Assembly: GCA_963772805.1 (NCBI GenBank)
Contig: CAVYYU010000001.1
Coordinates: 1,170 to 65,169, forward strand
DNA: 64,000 nt
Source: an uncultured Gammaproteobacteria bacterium
GTDB lineage: Bacteria; Pseudomonadota; Gammaproteobacteria; Legionellales; Legionellaceae
Direction: 5' to 3'
Part shown: one piece after another, positions 11,366 through 23,600 of the stretch
Layout: each line of letters begins with the position of its first letter
How positions within the stretch are numbered: the stretch's first letter is position 1
Notes under the pieces: generated by a model
Databases searched by the model: none
What the model was told of the DNA's origin: nothing
What the model saw: only the letters and a program-made list of their open reading frames with translations
Position numbers and translations under genes: made by a program

Positions 11366-12162
11366 ATCGCCTTCACGAGCTGCTGAAACGCCTGGGCAGC
11401 GGGCGACTGCGTGTGCATCGCAATGTAGTTCTGCCCTTGGTCGGCGCTTACACCAATGGCGGGGTCAAGCGGCAGTTTGGCGATGAGCTTGCTGTTATAT
11501 TTAGTGGCCAGTTTGGCACCGCCGCCTGCGCCAAATAGGGCGTGGCTGTTGCCTTGAGGGTCGGTGAAATAGCTCATATTCTCGACGACACCGAGGAGCG
11601 GCACCTTGAGCTTATGAAAGGCGCTTGCGCATTTGTCGGCATCAATCACCGCCACATCCTGCGGGGTGGTGACGAGGATGAGCCCAACGAGTGGCGCATT
11701 CTGGGCGAGGCTTAAGGTCACATCGCCGGTGCCGGGCGGCAAATCAACCAACAAAATATCGCATGGTTCTTCGGCAGTGCCCCAGCGGGTGAGGCGCAGG
11801 AACTGCACAAGCGCTTTGGTAATCATCGGCGCGCGCAGCACCGCTGCTTCATCCCCCGTGATCAGCGCCATCGACATCGCGCGGATGCCGTGCGCGATGG
11901 GCGGCACCATCAAGTTATCTGCGATTTCGGGTTTCAGATAGGTCTCAAGCCCGAGCATGCGTGGAATGCTTGGCCCGTAAATATCCGCATCCAGAATACC
12001 CACGCGTTTACCAGCCGCCGTGAGGGCATGGGCGAGGTTGACCGTGACCGTGGATTTGCCCACACCGCCTTTGCCTGAGGCCACCGCAATAATGCGCCCC
12101 ACATGCGGGATGGGAGAATGATTGATACTCGGTGGGCGTTGCAGTTCGGGCGCTGGTTTCAT
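11353..12162 (-). CDS. apbC: Mrp/ApbC/NBP35-family Fe-S cluster carrier ATPase
   Basis: Deviant Walker A IIAVASGKGGVGKSTVTVNLA and the CxxC-region family architecture. Confidence 0.9.
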   Translation of the reverse strand: MKPAPELQRPPSINHSPIPHVGRIIAVASGKGGVGKSTVTVNLAHALTAAGKRVGILDADIYGPSIPRMLGLETYLKPEIADNLMVPPIAHGIRAMSMALITGDEAAVLRAPMITKALVQFLRLTRWGTAEEPCDILLVDLPPGTGDVTLSLAQNAPLVGLILVTTPQDVAVIDADKCASAFHKLKVPLLGVVENMSYFTDPQGNSHALFGAGGGAKLATKYNSKLIAKLPLDPAIGVSADQGQNYIAMHTQSPAAQAFQQLVKAMIVV

Positions 12163-12221
12163 CGGGGTTCTCTCTCACGCTACCTATTAGATTGCTTGAA
12201 GCAGGAAGCAATTCACCCTAT

Positions 12222-13451
12222 ATGTCAAAAAAACAAAACGCGCACGAGGAAAACATGGCCGATAATCAAAGCCCGTGGGGGAAAAAGCCAAGCGGTGGTG
12301 CGGGTGGCGGCCATGGTGGTGGCAATGCAGGCGGTGGCGGCGGCAAAGGCCCTGGCAACCCGTTTGAGAAAATCATTCGCGACAGCAAGGATAAAATGCG
12401 TGGCGCTATCCCCAAACCCGGCGATGGCAACGAGCGCGACCTCATCATTGTTGTCTTCTGTGTATTTCTGCTGCTCTGGCTTGGCTCGGGCATTTACCGC
12501 GTGAATTCCGATGAGCTTGGGATCGTGATGCGTTTTGGCCAGTATAGCCGCACCGCGCTGCCCGGCCTGAACTATCATTTGCCAGCACCGATTGAATCGG
12601 TGCTCATCCCATCCGTCACGACGGTGAACACGGTCGAGATTGGTAACCGCGCAGGTAGTGCCGAGAACCCCAGCATTCGTATCGCAAAAAGTGCTTACAG
12701 TGACCGTGCTGGCAGTGTTGCGCCAGCGCAAAGCGAAGGGCTGATGCTGACGGGCGATCGTAACATCGTGGATATTGATTTTACCGTGCAGTGGAAAATC
12801 GATGCGACGAACCCCGAGAAATTCCTCTTCAACATGCGCAACCCGGCGGGCAATGTGCGCATTGTGGCCGAATCCGCGATGCGTGAAGTGATTGGCCGCA
12901 CCAAGCTCGATGATGTGCTGACCGGTGCACAAAGCCAGATTGCCGAGGACACCAAAACCCTGATGCAGCAGATGTTCAATGAATACGATGCGGGGATTGA
13001 GATTATTGCGGTGAACCTGAGCCGCCCGGATGTGCCGCAGCCGGTGATTGGTGAGTTCCAGGATGTGAAACGCGCCGAGCAGGACAAGCAAACGGCGGAA
13101 TCGGTGGCCGAGGGCTATCGCAATGAAATCATCCCCCGCGCGAAGGGAGACGCCGCAAAAATGATTCAGGATTCTGAGGCATACAAAGCCAAAGTGATTG
13201 CGGATGCGCAGGGTAATGCCTCGCGCTTCAAGCAGATCTACACCGAGTATGCGCAGGCGAAGGACGTGACAAAGCGCCGCATTTACTTGGAGACCATGGA
13301 AGAAGTGCTCAAAGGCATGCCAAAAATCATCATGGAAAAGGGCGGCCAGGTTTCGGTGCTGCCGCTGACCATGCCAGTGGCCAAACCAGCGAGCGAGCGC
13401 GAGGCCGCGCCTGCCACCTCAACTGCGCCTGAAGCGCCCGCGCAACGTTAG
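12222..13451 (+). CDS. hflK: HflK (SPFH/band-7 modulator of FtsH)
   Basis: Gly-rich N-terminus with SPWG, one TM segment, an SPFH domain, and immediately followed by hflC. The start could alternatively be the ATG at 12255. Confidence 0.9.
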   Translation: MSKKQNAHEENMADNQSPWGKKPSGGAGGGHGGGNAGGGGGKGPGNPFEKIIRDSKDKMRGAIPKPGDGNERDLIIVVFCVFLLLWLGSGIYRVNSDELGIVMRFGQYSRTALPGLNYHLPAPIESVLIPSVTTVNTVEIGNRAGSAENPSIRIAKSAYSDRAGSVAPAQSEGLMLTGDRNIVDIDFTVQWKIDATNPEKFLFNMRNPAGNVRIVAESAMREVIGRTKLDDVLTGAQSQIAEDTKTLMQQMFNEYDAGIEIIAVNLSRPDVPQPVIGEFQDVKRAEQDKQTAESVAEGYRNEIIPRAKGDAAKMIQDSEAYKAKVIADAQGNASRFKQIYTEYAQAKDVTKRRIYLETMEEVLKGMPKIIMEKGGQVSVLPLTMPVAKPASEREAAPATSTAPEAPAQR

Positions 13452-13461
13452 GAGATTTGCC

Positions 13462-14388
13462 ATGCAAGCCATTGTCATTAAAACCGCGATTGCCGCTGTC
13501 ATCACCTTGGTGCTGATGACCTCAAGCCTGTTCATTGTGCCGCAAACCAGCCAGGCGCTAGTGCTGCAGTTTGGTGAAATCAAGCGCGTGGTGAAAACGC
13601 CGGGCCTGCATGTGAAGGTGCCCTTCATTCAGGATCTGCTGATGTTCGATAAGCGCATTTTGGAATTTGAAACCAAGCCCGCCGAATTCATCAGCAAGAA
13701 CCGTGAGACGGGGGTCGATGAACGCGTGGTGATCGATGCGTTCGTGCGTTATAAAATCATCGATCCGGTGCAGTTCTATCAGGCCGTGAAAAACGAAGCG
13801 AACCTCAATAACCGCCTCACCAGTGTGGTGCTTTCGAGCATGCGCCGCGTGCTTGCCGCCCATTCCTTAAGCGATTTGCTCAGCACCTCGCGCGCGACAA
13901 TCATGAAGCAGATTCAGGTTAATGTGAATGCGCAGGTCTCGGCGGCAGCCGGGGTGGTCGCGCGCGAGAATAGTTCTGGCCCAAGCAAAAATGTGCAGGG
14001 CTTTGGTGTCGAGGTGGTGGATGTGCGCATTGTGCGTGCGGAGCTTCCGGCCGATATTTCGCAATCGACCTATGAGCGCATGCGCAAGAACTTCACGAAA
14101 GAGGCGCAACGCTTCCGTGCCGAAGGGGAAGAAAAAGCCACCGAAATTCGTGCGACTGCGGAACGCGAGCGCACGGAACTTTTAGCCGAGGCCCGCAAAA
14201 CTGCGGAAATCACGCGCGGGGAGGGGGACGCGATCGCCACCAAAACCTATGCGGAAGCTTTTGGCCGCGACCCAGCGTTCTTCAAATTCTATCGCAGCAT
14301 GCAGGCCTATCGCAGTACGTTGAGCCGGGACGACACCTCGGTCATCCTTTCGCCAAGCGATGGCTTTTTGGATGAGTTCAGGCAGTAA
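13462..14388 (+). CDS. hflC: HflC
   Basis: N-terminal TM segment plus SPFH domain (LVLQFGEIKRVVKTPGLHVKVPFIQ), typical hflKC pairing. Confidence 0.9.
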   Translation: MQAIVIKTAIAAVITLVLMTSSLFIVPQTSQALVLQFGEIKRVVKTPGLHVKVPFIQDLLMFDKRILEFETKPAEFISKNRETGVDERVVIDAFVRYKIIDPVQFYQAVKNEANLNNRLTSVVLSSMRRVLAAHSLSDLLSTSRATIMKQIQVNVNAQVSAAAGVVARENSSGPSKNVQGFGVEVVDVRIVRAELPADISQSTYERMRKNFTKEAQRFRAEGEEKATEIRATAERERTELLAEARKTAEITRGEGDAIATKTYAEAFGRDPAFFKFYRSMQAYRSTLSRDDTSVILSPSDGFLDEFRQ

Positions 14389-14435
14389 GCGGCGGATGAT
14401 TGCCCGCTCGCACGGGTGAAAAATTTGCATGCGCT

Positions 14436-14621
14436 TTACCTTGATTTATGACGCGAGTGCACCCTATGTAATGGTTGTCCTAATTGCCCTTCATTTAAAG
14501 TCGTTTTGTTTAACAGCACACCAATGACATTGTCGCTCATATCCAAACGTTCAAGTAACTTATCAATCAAATCACTTGCCTGGCATCTTTCAACCAAAAG
14601 AAGCAGCAAATCTTCATTCAT
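14436..14621 (-). CDS. 61-codon ORF translationally coupled (ATGA overlap) to the giant gene; its 3' end is probably truncated or altered at the compositional junction
   Basis: The start ATG (14621-14619) overlaps the TGA stop (14620-14618) of the upstream giant ORF. The last ~10 codons lie in sequence of different composition. Confidence 0.35.
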   Translation of the reverse strand: MNEDLLLLLVERCQASDLIDKLLERLDMSDNVIGVLLNKTTLNEGQLGQPLHRVHSRHKSR

Positions 14622-17600
14622 AGCGCCTGTTTTTTAGGATCAACCGATAATTGAAGCCCTTTTTCATCTGCATCATTAATTAAGGCACGTAACTGCAAAC
14701 CTGCAGCAATGTCCTTACCAAAAATAGTTAATAGTTTGACTTGCAGTGCCTTACTCAAGCTCATTTTACTTAAATTGGCATTTAACGCACTCATTTGCTT
14801 ATTCTGCTTACAGTGCTCACATATTAAAATGAAGCATTCTTCCCATTCGGAACGCAAAGAGTCAGTCACTGCACGATTATATTGTTGATGAACTGCTTTA
14901 ATAAGTTCGACCAGTACAGAATCTTTATTATTTACTCGTTCAACAATTTTTCTCGCTATTTGCATTGAAAAGCTTTGGTGTGATATTGCATCAAGCAACA
15001 TTTTTGCAGTTGCCTGGGAATGAGAAATTAAGAGTAATAACATTTCAGGAGTTTTAACCACTGCAACACTGTTCTCTAACGCATTCTCGTCAAATTTAGG
15101 ATATTCTAAAATAGCTTGAAGCCCTTCCACATCACTGGTGTTATTTTTTAAAAAGTAAACAAGAAATTTTCCAGGAGAAAATGAAGAAGTACTAAATAGC
15201 GTTTCGCGAACCTTAACGCTGACCAATTTATGAGTGAAAATTTTATAAAAAAATGTTTCATTCGCAGCAAGCGCCGCAAATTTTATTAATTGTTCTTCGT
15301 TTAAACTATCTTGACCCAATATAAAATCAACAACATACTCAGGAATCATCGTGCCCGGTCGGGCCAGAATTTTGCTAATAAATAATTCAGACTCTGTTTT
15401 TGACCGAGATTTGCTAAGCAGAAGGCTCCATGCTGCATCATTAATCATGACCGAAGAATCAAGTAGGGCGATAACCACGGCTTCATCACAAAATTGACTC
15501 TCAATAATTTCATTAGCAAATACTGCCGAACTGTAATTTATCTTTAAAACCGTCTGTAAATCTTGTGCTGACGTTGCTTTTCGGAGAATCATTGGACAAA
15601 CAATATCATTTATTGAATTCCCGCCTTGAAATAAAGGATGAGCCCGCAGCAGAAGTAGCGCTTTAAAATCAGCTTTTACCCCTGTCAGTCCATCATTTAA
15701 ATCCCCCCCCAACTCTTGGGTCAAGTGACGAAGCGGCATGCCAAAATAGTCTTCAAGAACCTTAAATTCATTTGAATCTAACCCCCTTAAAAAGGGAGTA
15801 TTAAGACCGGCTTGCGCCAAACGCAAGATAATATTGTTCAATACCCCTAATTGAATTGAATGCTCATGGAGAAAATCAAGACTATTTAGCGGTAGATCAA
15901 ATTGTCTTTGCAATTCACCAACTTCAAGCCTTTCTTTAGTCCATTGCCGATTTATATATGCAAAAGCTTGCGCAGCCCTGCTGCATTCAGCAACCTGCAC
16001 TGCACTAAATTTAGGGAAAAATCGTTTCCAATTGAACTTGCTTAAATCGTCAAAACGATGTTGAACAATATAGATCAATCCTTCCATACTTGTTTGCGAT
16101 AACGCTGTTTTTAACTGTGGAAAATCGGCCTCACTTCCTGGGCGATAGGGCATCAGCTCTTTTTCAAATAACGCCAGTTTCTCTGGAGTACGCTCTTTTA
16201 ACCATTTTAATGCTCCCTCTTGCGCTAAAAGACTGGAAATTTCTCCATTAAAAAAGCGAACTTGCTCACGCAGCACTTGATAACGCTCACTATTAAGTAT
16301 ATTTTTCGGCCTTTTTCCGCCAACTACCGTATCTTGCGTAGTTGCTAACCAGCTATCACTCATTTGTGGTGAATTAATGTGTTGCGCTATGCGCTTTGCT
16401 TCTTGGGGCGTAACGATCATGGCATGCAAAATACCTTGATGTATGTGATACCAAACAACAAGAGCAGGTTTTAAAAAGGCACCGGTATATTTCTGTTGAC
16501 CTCGATAGGCTGAGGCATAATTTATACTTGCTCTTAATTCATTGCTAAATAAATCAGACTTGTCTTCAAAGAAACAGACTTTATTCAAAGGCCAAGCATA
16601 GAAGCTCATCGACATTTCATGCATATAAATGATTTTTGCGTCACGCAGATCTATTACATGAGTTTCTGCAAGCCTAGAATCAAAAGTTTCATGAATTGCC
16701 GCAACTTCCATCTGCGTTTCCCGTTGCATCTCAGTTTGAATCTCTACTTCCATAGCCAATGCACTTTGTTCAGCAGCTTCATATTCTTGCAAGCAATTAG
16801 GTAATGCCTTGGCAATGATTCCCTGAAGACTTCGCTTTATTTCTTCCTCAGCTCCAGCCGTGAATTTTGCTAATTTAATGCATTCATGCCAACGCATAAT
16901 TAACGACTCTTGATGATGTTTAAGAATATCTGCCGTAGCTTGCGGTTTATTCAGCGCCCCATAAAGCTCAAAGAAGTTCACTGAGGGTTTGTCCGCAAAA
17001 AAAGAATTAAAAATCTGGGCTAATTCCCTTTTTTTAGCGGCGTTAGCAGCAGGCACACTATGAATAAATGCCAGACCTCTACTGCGCATCAAATTCGTCA
17101 TTTGTAATTTTGCCGCAATAAGATTGTCCTGTAATAAGCTAAGATTATCGATGTTCGCAAATTGCTTGAACAACGCAGCACGTTCAATGTCTTTCAGCTT
17201 TTCAGAAACAACAAGTTCCATGGTTTGCTCTAAACCTAAGCCACGCATCCGCATACTTCCTTGTAAAAAGGCTTGTAAGGATGTTTTTTCATCAGCAAGA
17301 ACAATGGCATGGGCTTGGAGCGCTTGCGCTATATCAGTGCCTAACGTATGGGGTTGATCATAATAGGTAAACCGTTGCTCAGGAGTCGAACCTAACAAAC
17401 GACTGATTTCTTTTTCATCTGTTGTTTTCAGAACAATTGGCTTATTCGGTTTGTTAATATCGATCGCACATAAGAGCTGGTTTTTATCAAAATAAAGGAT
17501 GTGTCTGATCGTTTTATTAGCAGTATTATGATGGAAACGTGCAAGTTCCTGGGCAACAAAGAAATTACTCACCCCTTGGAATTTGGCACAGATATCAATA

Positions 17601-20600
17601 ATTGCGCGTGTACGCTCAGGTGCTTGCGAACGCGTCAAAATACGTTCGATAAATTGATAAACATCTTTATAATCAGCACCAGAAATCCGTATATTTTTAT
17701 TATGAAGGACTTCGATAATGTAGCCATCTGTACCTAGAGACGAGGCTTTATTGTATTTAAGGCGCTGATGAAAGGTCGTATGATTTGATGGCGTTCCCGA
17801 AACCGCTTGCGCACTGCGATAAAGATCAATATGGTTAAATGAATTACTGGAAATTGTTCGGCTGTCTTGTTGAATTTGTCCTAAAGATTGCTCTTGTAAA
17901 ATAGTGAAAATAAGCGCTTCATTATACTGAAAATGAGCATGAAGTTTTTTCAGCTGCTCTGGATCGCTTAAATTAACTTGGGTTAAAGTCAAACCTAAAG
18001 CACGAGCCAGATGTGCAAATCCCTTGGCCGTAGGGGTATCATCTAAATGGCGTAAGGCCGAGTTTTGAAACAGCTCTTTGCGTGCTGCAGCGTTCCACTG
18101 CTCAATTCTTTGCGTCAGTAATTTTGTGCTAACCCCCTTAATAAGCATCATTTGCACTGTATAGTTAATGGACTCCAGTTGATTTCCAAAACGATTACGC
18201 TCATTGACAATATTATTTGCCGCATAAGGAAGAGCCAAAGTTCGCTCTAAAGCACTAAGGTCTTTGCGTTTGGAAGAACCATAATGTTCATTGAGACGAC
18301 GAGTCAATGTTTGCGGCAACAAGGTAATTTCTTGCTTGAAAAAGGCAAGTGTCTCTTTTTCTTCCAGATTGGCTTGAACAACAGCTACAGGAATTTTTTT
18401 TGCCGTATTGGTGAGGTAGGCGATCAATTCTGCACTAACCCCATCCCCATAGCGTTGACGCGCATTTTCAATAAATTGACTAAGCGGACTCGTCCTCTCT
18501 CTAAGCAGTTTGTTTGCCAGTTCTTTCTTAAAATCAGTCCAATCATAATCAGGACTAAAGCCAGGCGCGTCTTTAATCAATTGCGGGTCAATTAAGCGAA
18601 ACAACGCAATTGCATTATGAATTACATCAACACCAATGGGTTGAGTATCTGTTCCCGTATAATTTAGCCGTTTTTTAATCGACAAACCTTGATGCGCCTC
18701 ATCAATAACACAATCACCATGATGACGCACAAGACTCGTGATCTTATCTAACCAATAGATTTGTTGTTCCCAGGTCTTATCTGTTTTGCCCTCAGAAAGT
18801 AAGAGATCAAGGTATTTAAGCTCTAATGACTGCATGGCTTCGCCTGTAGTCACAAGGTAACTCTTGTTTGTCGTCACCTCGACAAACAACTTATAAATTT
18901 GCTCCAAACGTTCCGGCACAGCATTACTGTCGCGATTAAAATCAAAACGGTACGCCCGCTTTCCATATAACCGCTGCGAACTACGATTTAAATCTTCATA
19001 GTTAGTTTCTAATAAAGCCTGAGGAACCTCAACAATAACCAAGTTATCCCCTTGCGCTTTCATTTCAGCAAGAATGGGAAGAATAACCTTCGATTTACCG
19101 CCCCCCATGATGATTTTTTCAATTACCGCATTAAAACCATGACGTTTATCTGGAACGGCCAATAACTCGTTTAACGCTCTGACTTGCCGATCATGCAACA
19201 GGATTTGCTCTTCATGTTGTAAAAGAACTATTGCAGGCACATCCAATGCGGGAATTTCCGAGCGTGCCAATAGATCCAACGCCACAACAGCACTGCTTAC
19301 ATCCTGTTTAACCACTGTTTCATGGAGCTTACCCCTGATTTTTTCTGCCGATTGATAACAAATGCCCTGAACCAATGCTTGATGAATCACATCATGCAGT
19401 TTTTGTGCATTTTGGGGACTTAAACCTGTTTTCGTAATGGTGTAAGTAAAATCAGCTCGTGTATAAAGTGATAAGAGATCGGCATGCGTTAAAGTTGCCC
19501 GAGTTCGTGATTCTTTTTCAACAGTCCATGTTTGTGCTAATGCAAAATCTTCCGGCCCTTGGTTGGCAAGATTTAATGCCTCATCCCACAATCTTTTCGT
19601 TGCTAATTTAAGTTGAGCTGAAGCCTTGATAGCCGACTCATGCACTGTGCGAACACTATTCATGTCCTCAATTAAACCTATTGCTAATTCTTTTTTTTGT
19701 TTTTCAGCATCAATAATTTTCTTACCGGCATCTTCTTCTATAGCAAACTCATCCTCTAAGCTATTCGCCGGCTTATTACCTAATACCTCAAGTTTTTGTG
19801 CAAGTGCGTCTTGAATCTTTTTATAATGTACGATGTATTGATCGACAGAGGTCAATTGAGTATCAATTCCCATTTTTACACTTAAGGATTGCTTTGGCAA
19901 AACGGTAGTACTAATTGGTTTAGGGATCTGATGCTCATACTCTTTTATAAGCTGTTCAGGTTCCGCCAGCAACGTTGCATACACATCTTTTGCCTGATAA
20001 ACCTGCAGAGGTGGTACATTGTACCAACGAACAATATTTACCAAATCGCCGAATTTTTTATAATAACTATTGATTAAACGTTCATTATTATGTGCTGCCC
20101 GATATAAAATATTGCATAAAAATGGAATCTGAGAATTTTGCTTGTCTAAAGGTACATGACGATTGGCAAGTAAAGTTCGCGTACAAAAATCGAGTAAGGA
20201 TTTACGAAACGCATGAATCGTTATTTCATTAACATTAGAAAGTGCTATGCGCAAATAGGCTGGAAAATGTTCGACAAAATCCTCATCAATCATCGTCGAT
20301 GAAAGCAGAACCATCGCTCGTTCATAAGCCTCACTACTTAGACCGTTATTATTCGCCATAAGTTTTTCATATACAGAATCGCCACTCGAAGTCTTCTTCA
20401 TCGCAGCCGCTTCTGGCAATGATAAATCGACCGCGACTAACTCCAAGCTGGTCGACTTGGAAACGATAGGCTTTAACTTTTTAAGTTGCTGTTCTATATG
20501 TGCTATTCGTTCCTGTTCAGCAAAAGATAATTCGCCGGTCTTTTCTTGAGCAAGTAAAAATTTTCGCTCCTCCAATAAGGCTTCCAGACTTAAACGTGTC

Positions 20601-23600
20601 CATTCATAGCCCAGTGCACCTAAGGGTTTAAAACCTGTGGGCAGTGATTGATGGTAATAATCTAATAAACGTTTGCGTTCAATTGTTGAAAGCTGATATT
20701 GATGTTCCAGATGACGCCCCATGGTTTGGAGGCGCTCAAATGTCTGATAAATTGTTCCAGGAAGCGTTCGTAAAAAACAATCTATTTCTTTATATTGCAA
20801 TTGAGCATATTCAGAGTTAGCACTGTTATCTGAATCTGGAGCCTTCAGATCAAATGTCCGGTCCTGCACCAGATAATCGGATAAAAGACTCATGGCCTTA
20901 AGTTGGCATGCAACAAAAGGGGGAGTATTTCTGATGGCATTTTTCTCAGAATTCTGATGTTTATCAACGATATAAGGTAAATCTTTGCACATCCATTTAA
21001 TGTACTGTAATTCTGCTGGCTCCCCCTTTAAACCGCCCAAGCGCTTAATACAATCTTCGAGGGTTTTCCATGCTTTTTCGGGCTGATTAGTAACCAAATA
21101 CATATATGCCAAATACAATGCATCCGCGGCAGTATCTGCAATGGGTTCACCATCAACTAATTGGAAACTTGTATAGCGCTCACTGTCTTGATAATTCCAT
21201 TGCGGCTCTTTAACCGGTGGTGTAGCTTGCCAAAATTCTTTAAGACTATCCTCGGCAATGACACCACGTTTATCATGGATTACAGGATAAAAGTCACTTT
21301 GCACACCAAAATCCAAATCATAAAATCGGCTTACTGGCACTAAAACACGTTGTTGACCTTTTCCTTGTAAAACAAGACCGGCTACTGAAGCATGAATCGG
21401 TGAGGCGATGTTAATCACTTCCTCTTCGGTTGCGTCATTAATCACAGTCTGGGTGCTTGTATCGATTTGAAAACTTAGACCATAACGAGGTAATTTGACG
21501 AAAGCCTTATCTTGATCCCCATAAGCAAGGATAAAGCGATTACTTTCAAAGGCATTAAATAGCTGATAATTATCAGGATTAAGTGCACCTACCGAATACA
21601 CTATCTCTAATCCTTGCTCATCGAGAGGTTTTCTGATTTTCCCGCCAGTAAGGGAGTAAACGGGAACATTATCACGCGTCAAAATGCCGGTACCAGCAGT
21701 AGACGCAGTATGTTTCCAATAGTTCATTGCCCCATCAGTCAAAAGAGCGGGGAAATCAGTTTGAATTACTCCACCGCGTTGATTCGCATAGTATGCCTCA
21801 TGATGATGAGTCAAGGCTTGCAGTTCATACCTTGCTGTCTTACCATTAATAGTCCAATCTTTCTGAACAATAAGCGTATTACCTTGATAAAATAAATGAA
21901 CATCACCTTCCTGTCTTTGAAGAATAAAATAACTACCCGCATGATTCATAAGGCATACGTGTACGTGATGCAAACCCAATTGTTTAATTAATGGATGATT
22001 CCGAATCGCCAAGGGCACACCCGCTTTAGCAAAACCTTTATCAAAAATTTTACCTTTAAGCGCATCAACATGAAGTACGGCGCCTTGATTATCCGCTAGC
22101 GAATAATTGGGAAACTTGCCGGTTAACCCAGGTTGCAAAGACATTCCTGCAGCAACTAACGTACGTTTTACCGCTTCATCCACACGCTGCTCGGGTTGTT
22201 GACTGGTAAAAATTTTAAATTTCCCTACAGCAATGTCTACTTCAACACGATGGGCTCTGTCTTCAAGAATAGAGGGATTGGTATGTCCCATAATATAGAA
22301 ATAGGATTGCATTGCCTGCTCAAGAAGCTCATTTGCTGCGTCACCTTCTTCAATTCGAGCCATAGTGGCTAAGAAAAGGTATTGTTGCAGCACATAAATT
22401 ACATCAGGTTCTGAGGATAAGGACAATTGCTTGATAAGATCTTCTTGTACCGTCTTTAAACGTGTGAGTCCTTCGTTCTTATTTAATTGCGCAAAGTAGC
22501 GACTTACCAATAAATCCAAACGAAAGAAGAACAAAGACTCACGCGTATGTTGCCCATTGTGAGCAAAAAAACGTTTCCCCGTTTGTAAAAAATGATCCAA
22601 TTGAGGGATGAATTCTGGGTTGGTTAGTGCATCAAGCAAAAGTCCTGGTTGGAAAATATTCGCTTCAACATAACGCTGATTATTTACATCATTTAATCGG
22701 CTTACATGCAAAGTAAAATAATCCACGGTTATTGCAATTTGTAGCGCAGGATTCCCCCTTAGATGACAGTAATCACGAGCAAGAATATCGGATGTTGTGA
22801 CTTTCTGAGATTCTCGTGTCGCCTTAAATGACGTTAATTGAATGGCATTTGCTGTTTTTGACTGAATATGCGTTCCTGATCTAATCGCTGATTCATTAGA
22901 AAGATCAATATCTAAAGCCTCATATGCCGGAGAGTCTTTTAAGTCATATTTGTCCTGCTTCACCGTTGTTGACAACGGTTGATAGGGTGTAAAAATTGCA
23001 TATAAAGGGGCGATTACTCTAAATTGTTCATGAACATATTGAAAAGTCAACGACTTAGAAGAATTCAACTGTTGAGTAAAAAAAGGATTAATAGCACGAC
23101 GAAGCGCTGATTCATGATCAAGATGTGCTTGAATTTTATCAATGAGGGGTTTAAATTTTGTATCAAGGAGGTTCGTCTTTTGAAGATGCAATGAAATCAT
23201 AAATAAAGACTGCAAACCGTTTTTTCTAATGTCTGTATGCAGTTTTGATGCATCGGCACTATATAAGGTTGCATACAACTTATCTAATTCAGCATTAAGC
23301 TGAGACTCTGTTTGCAAAATACGTTGAAAATAAAAAAACAAATTAATATCACCATAGACCTCTGGTGCTTTAAAGCGTGCTCTTAAAAGCATTAGGCGCT
23401 GGTCAACCTGTGCGTTATTAGTTGCATCGAAAGGATCACGGTCATGATTATCAATTAAAGTGGCCATCATCATGTCAGTAAACCGTTTAAATGAAGGTAA
23501 ACCACCACCTTTTTTTCCTGATGAAGTAGCAATCGCTTCATAGGCGTCCACCTGCAATGAAAGCACACTCAAACTTAGGTGATTAAACAAGGGAACTTGG

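Noticed and set aside
12225-13091. 288-aa ORF antisense to hflK. Similar antisense or shadow ORFs include 5749..6207 opposite sspB, 8505..9056 opposite katG, 1740..2243 opposite thyX and 3946..4506 inside the 685-aa ORF.
   Set aside because: The sense-strand genes have clear family signatures. Long antisense ORFs are expected in GC-rich DNA, and their translations are Arg/His/Ala-rich with no motifs.
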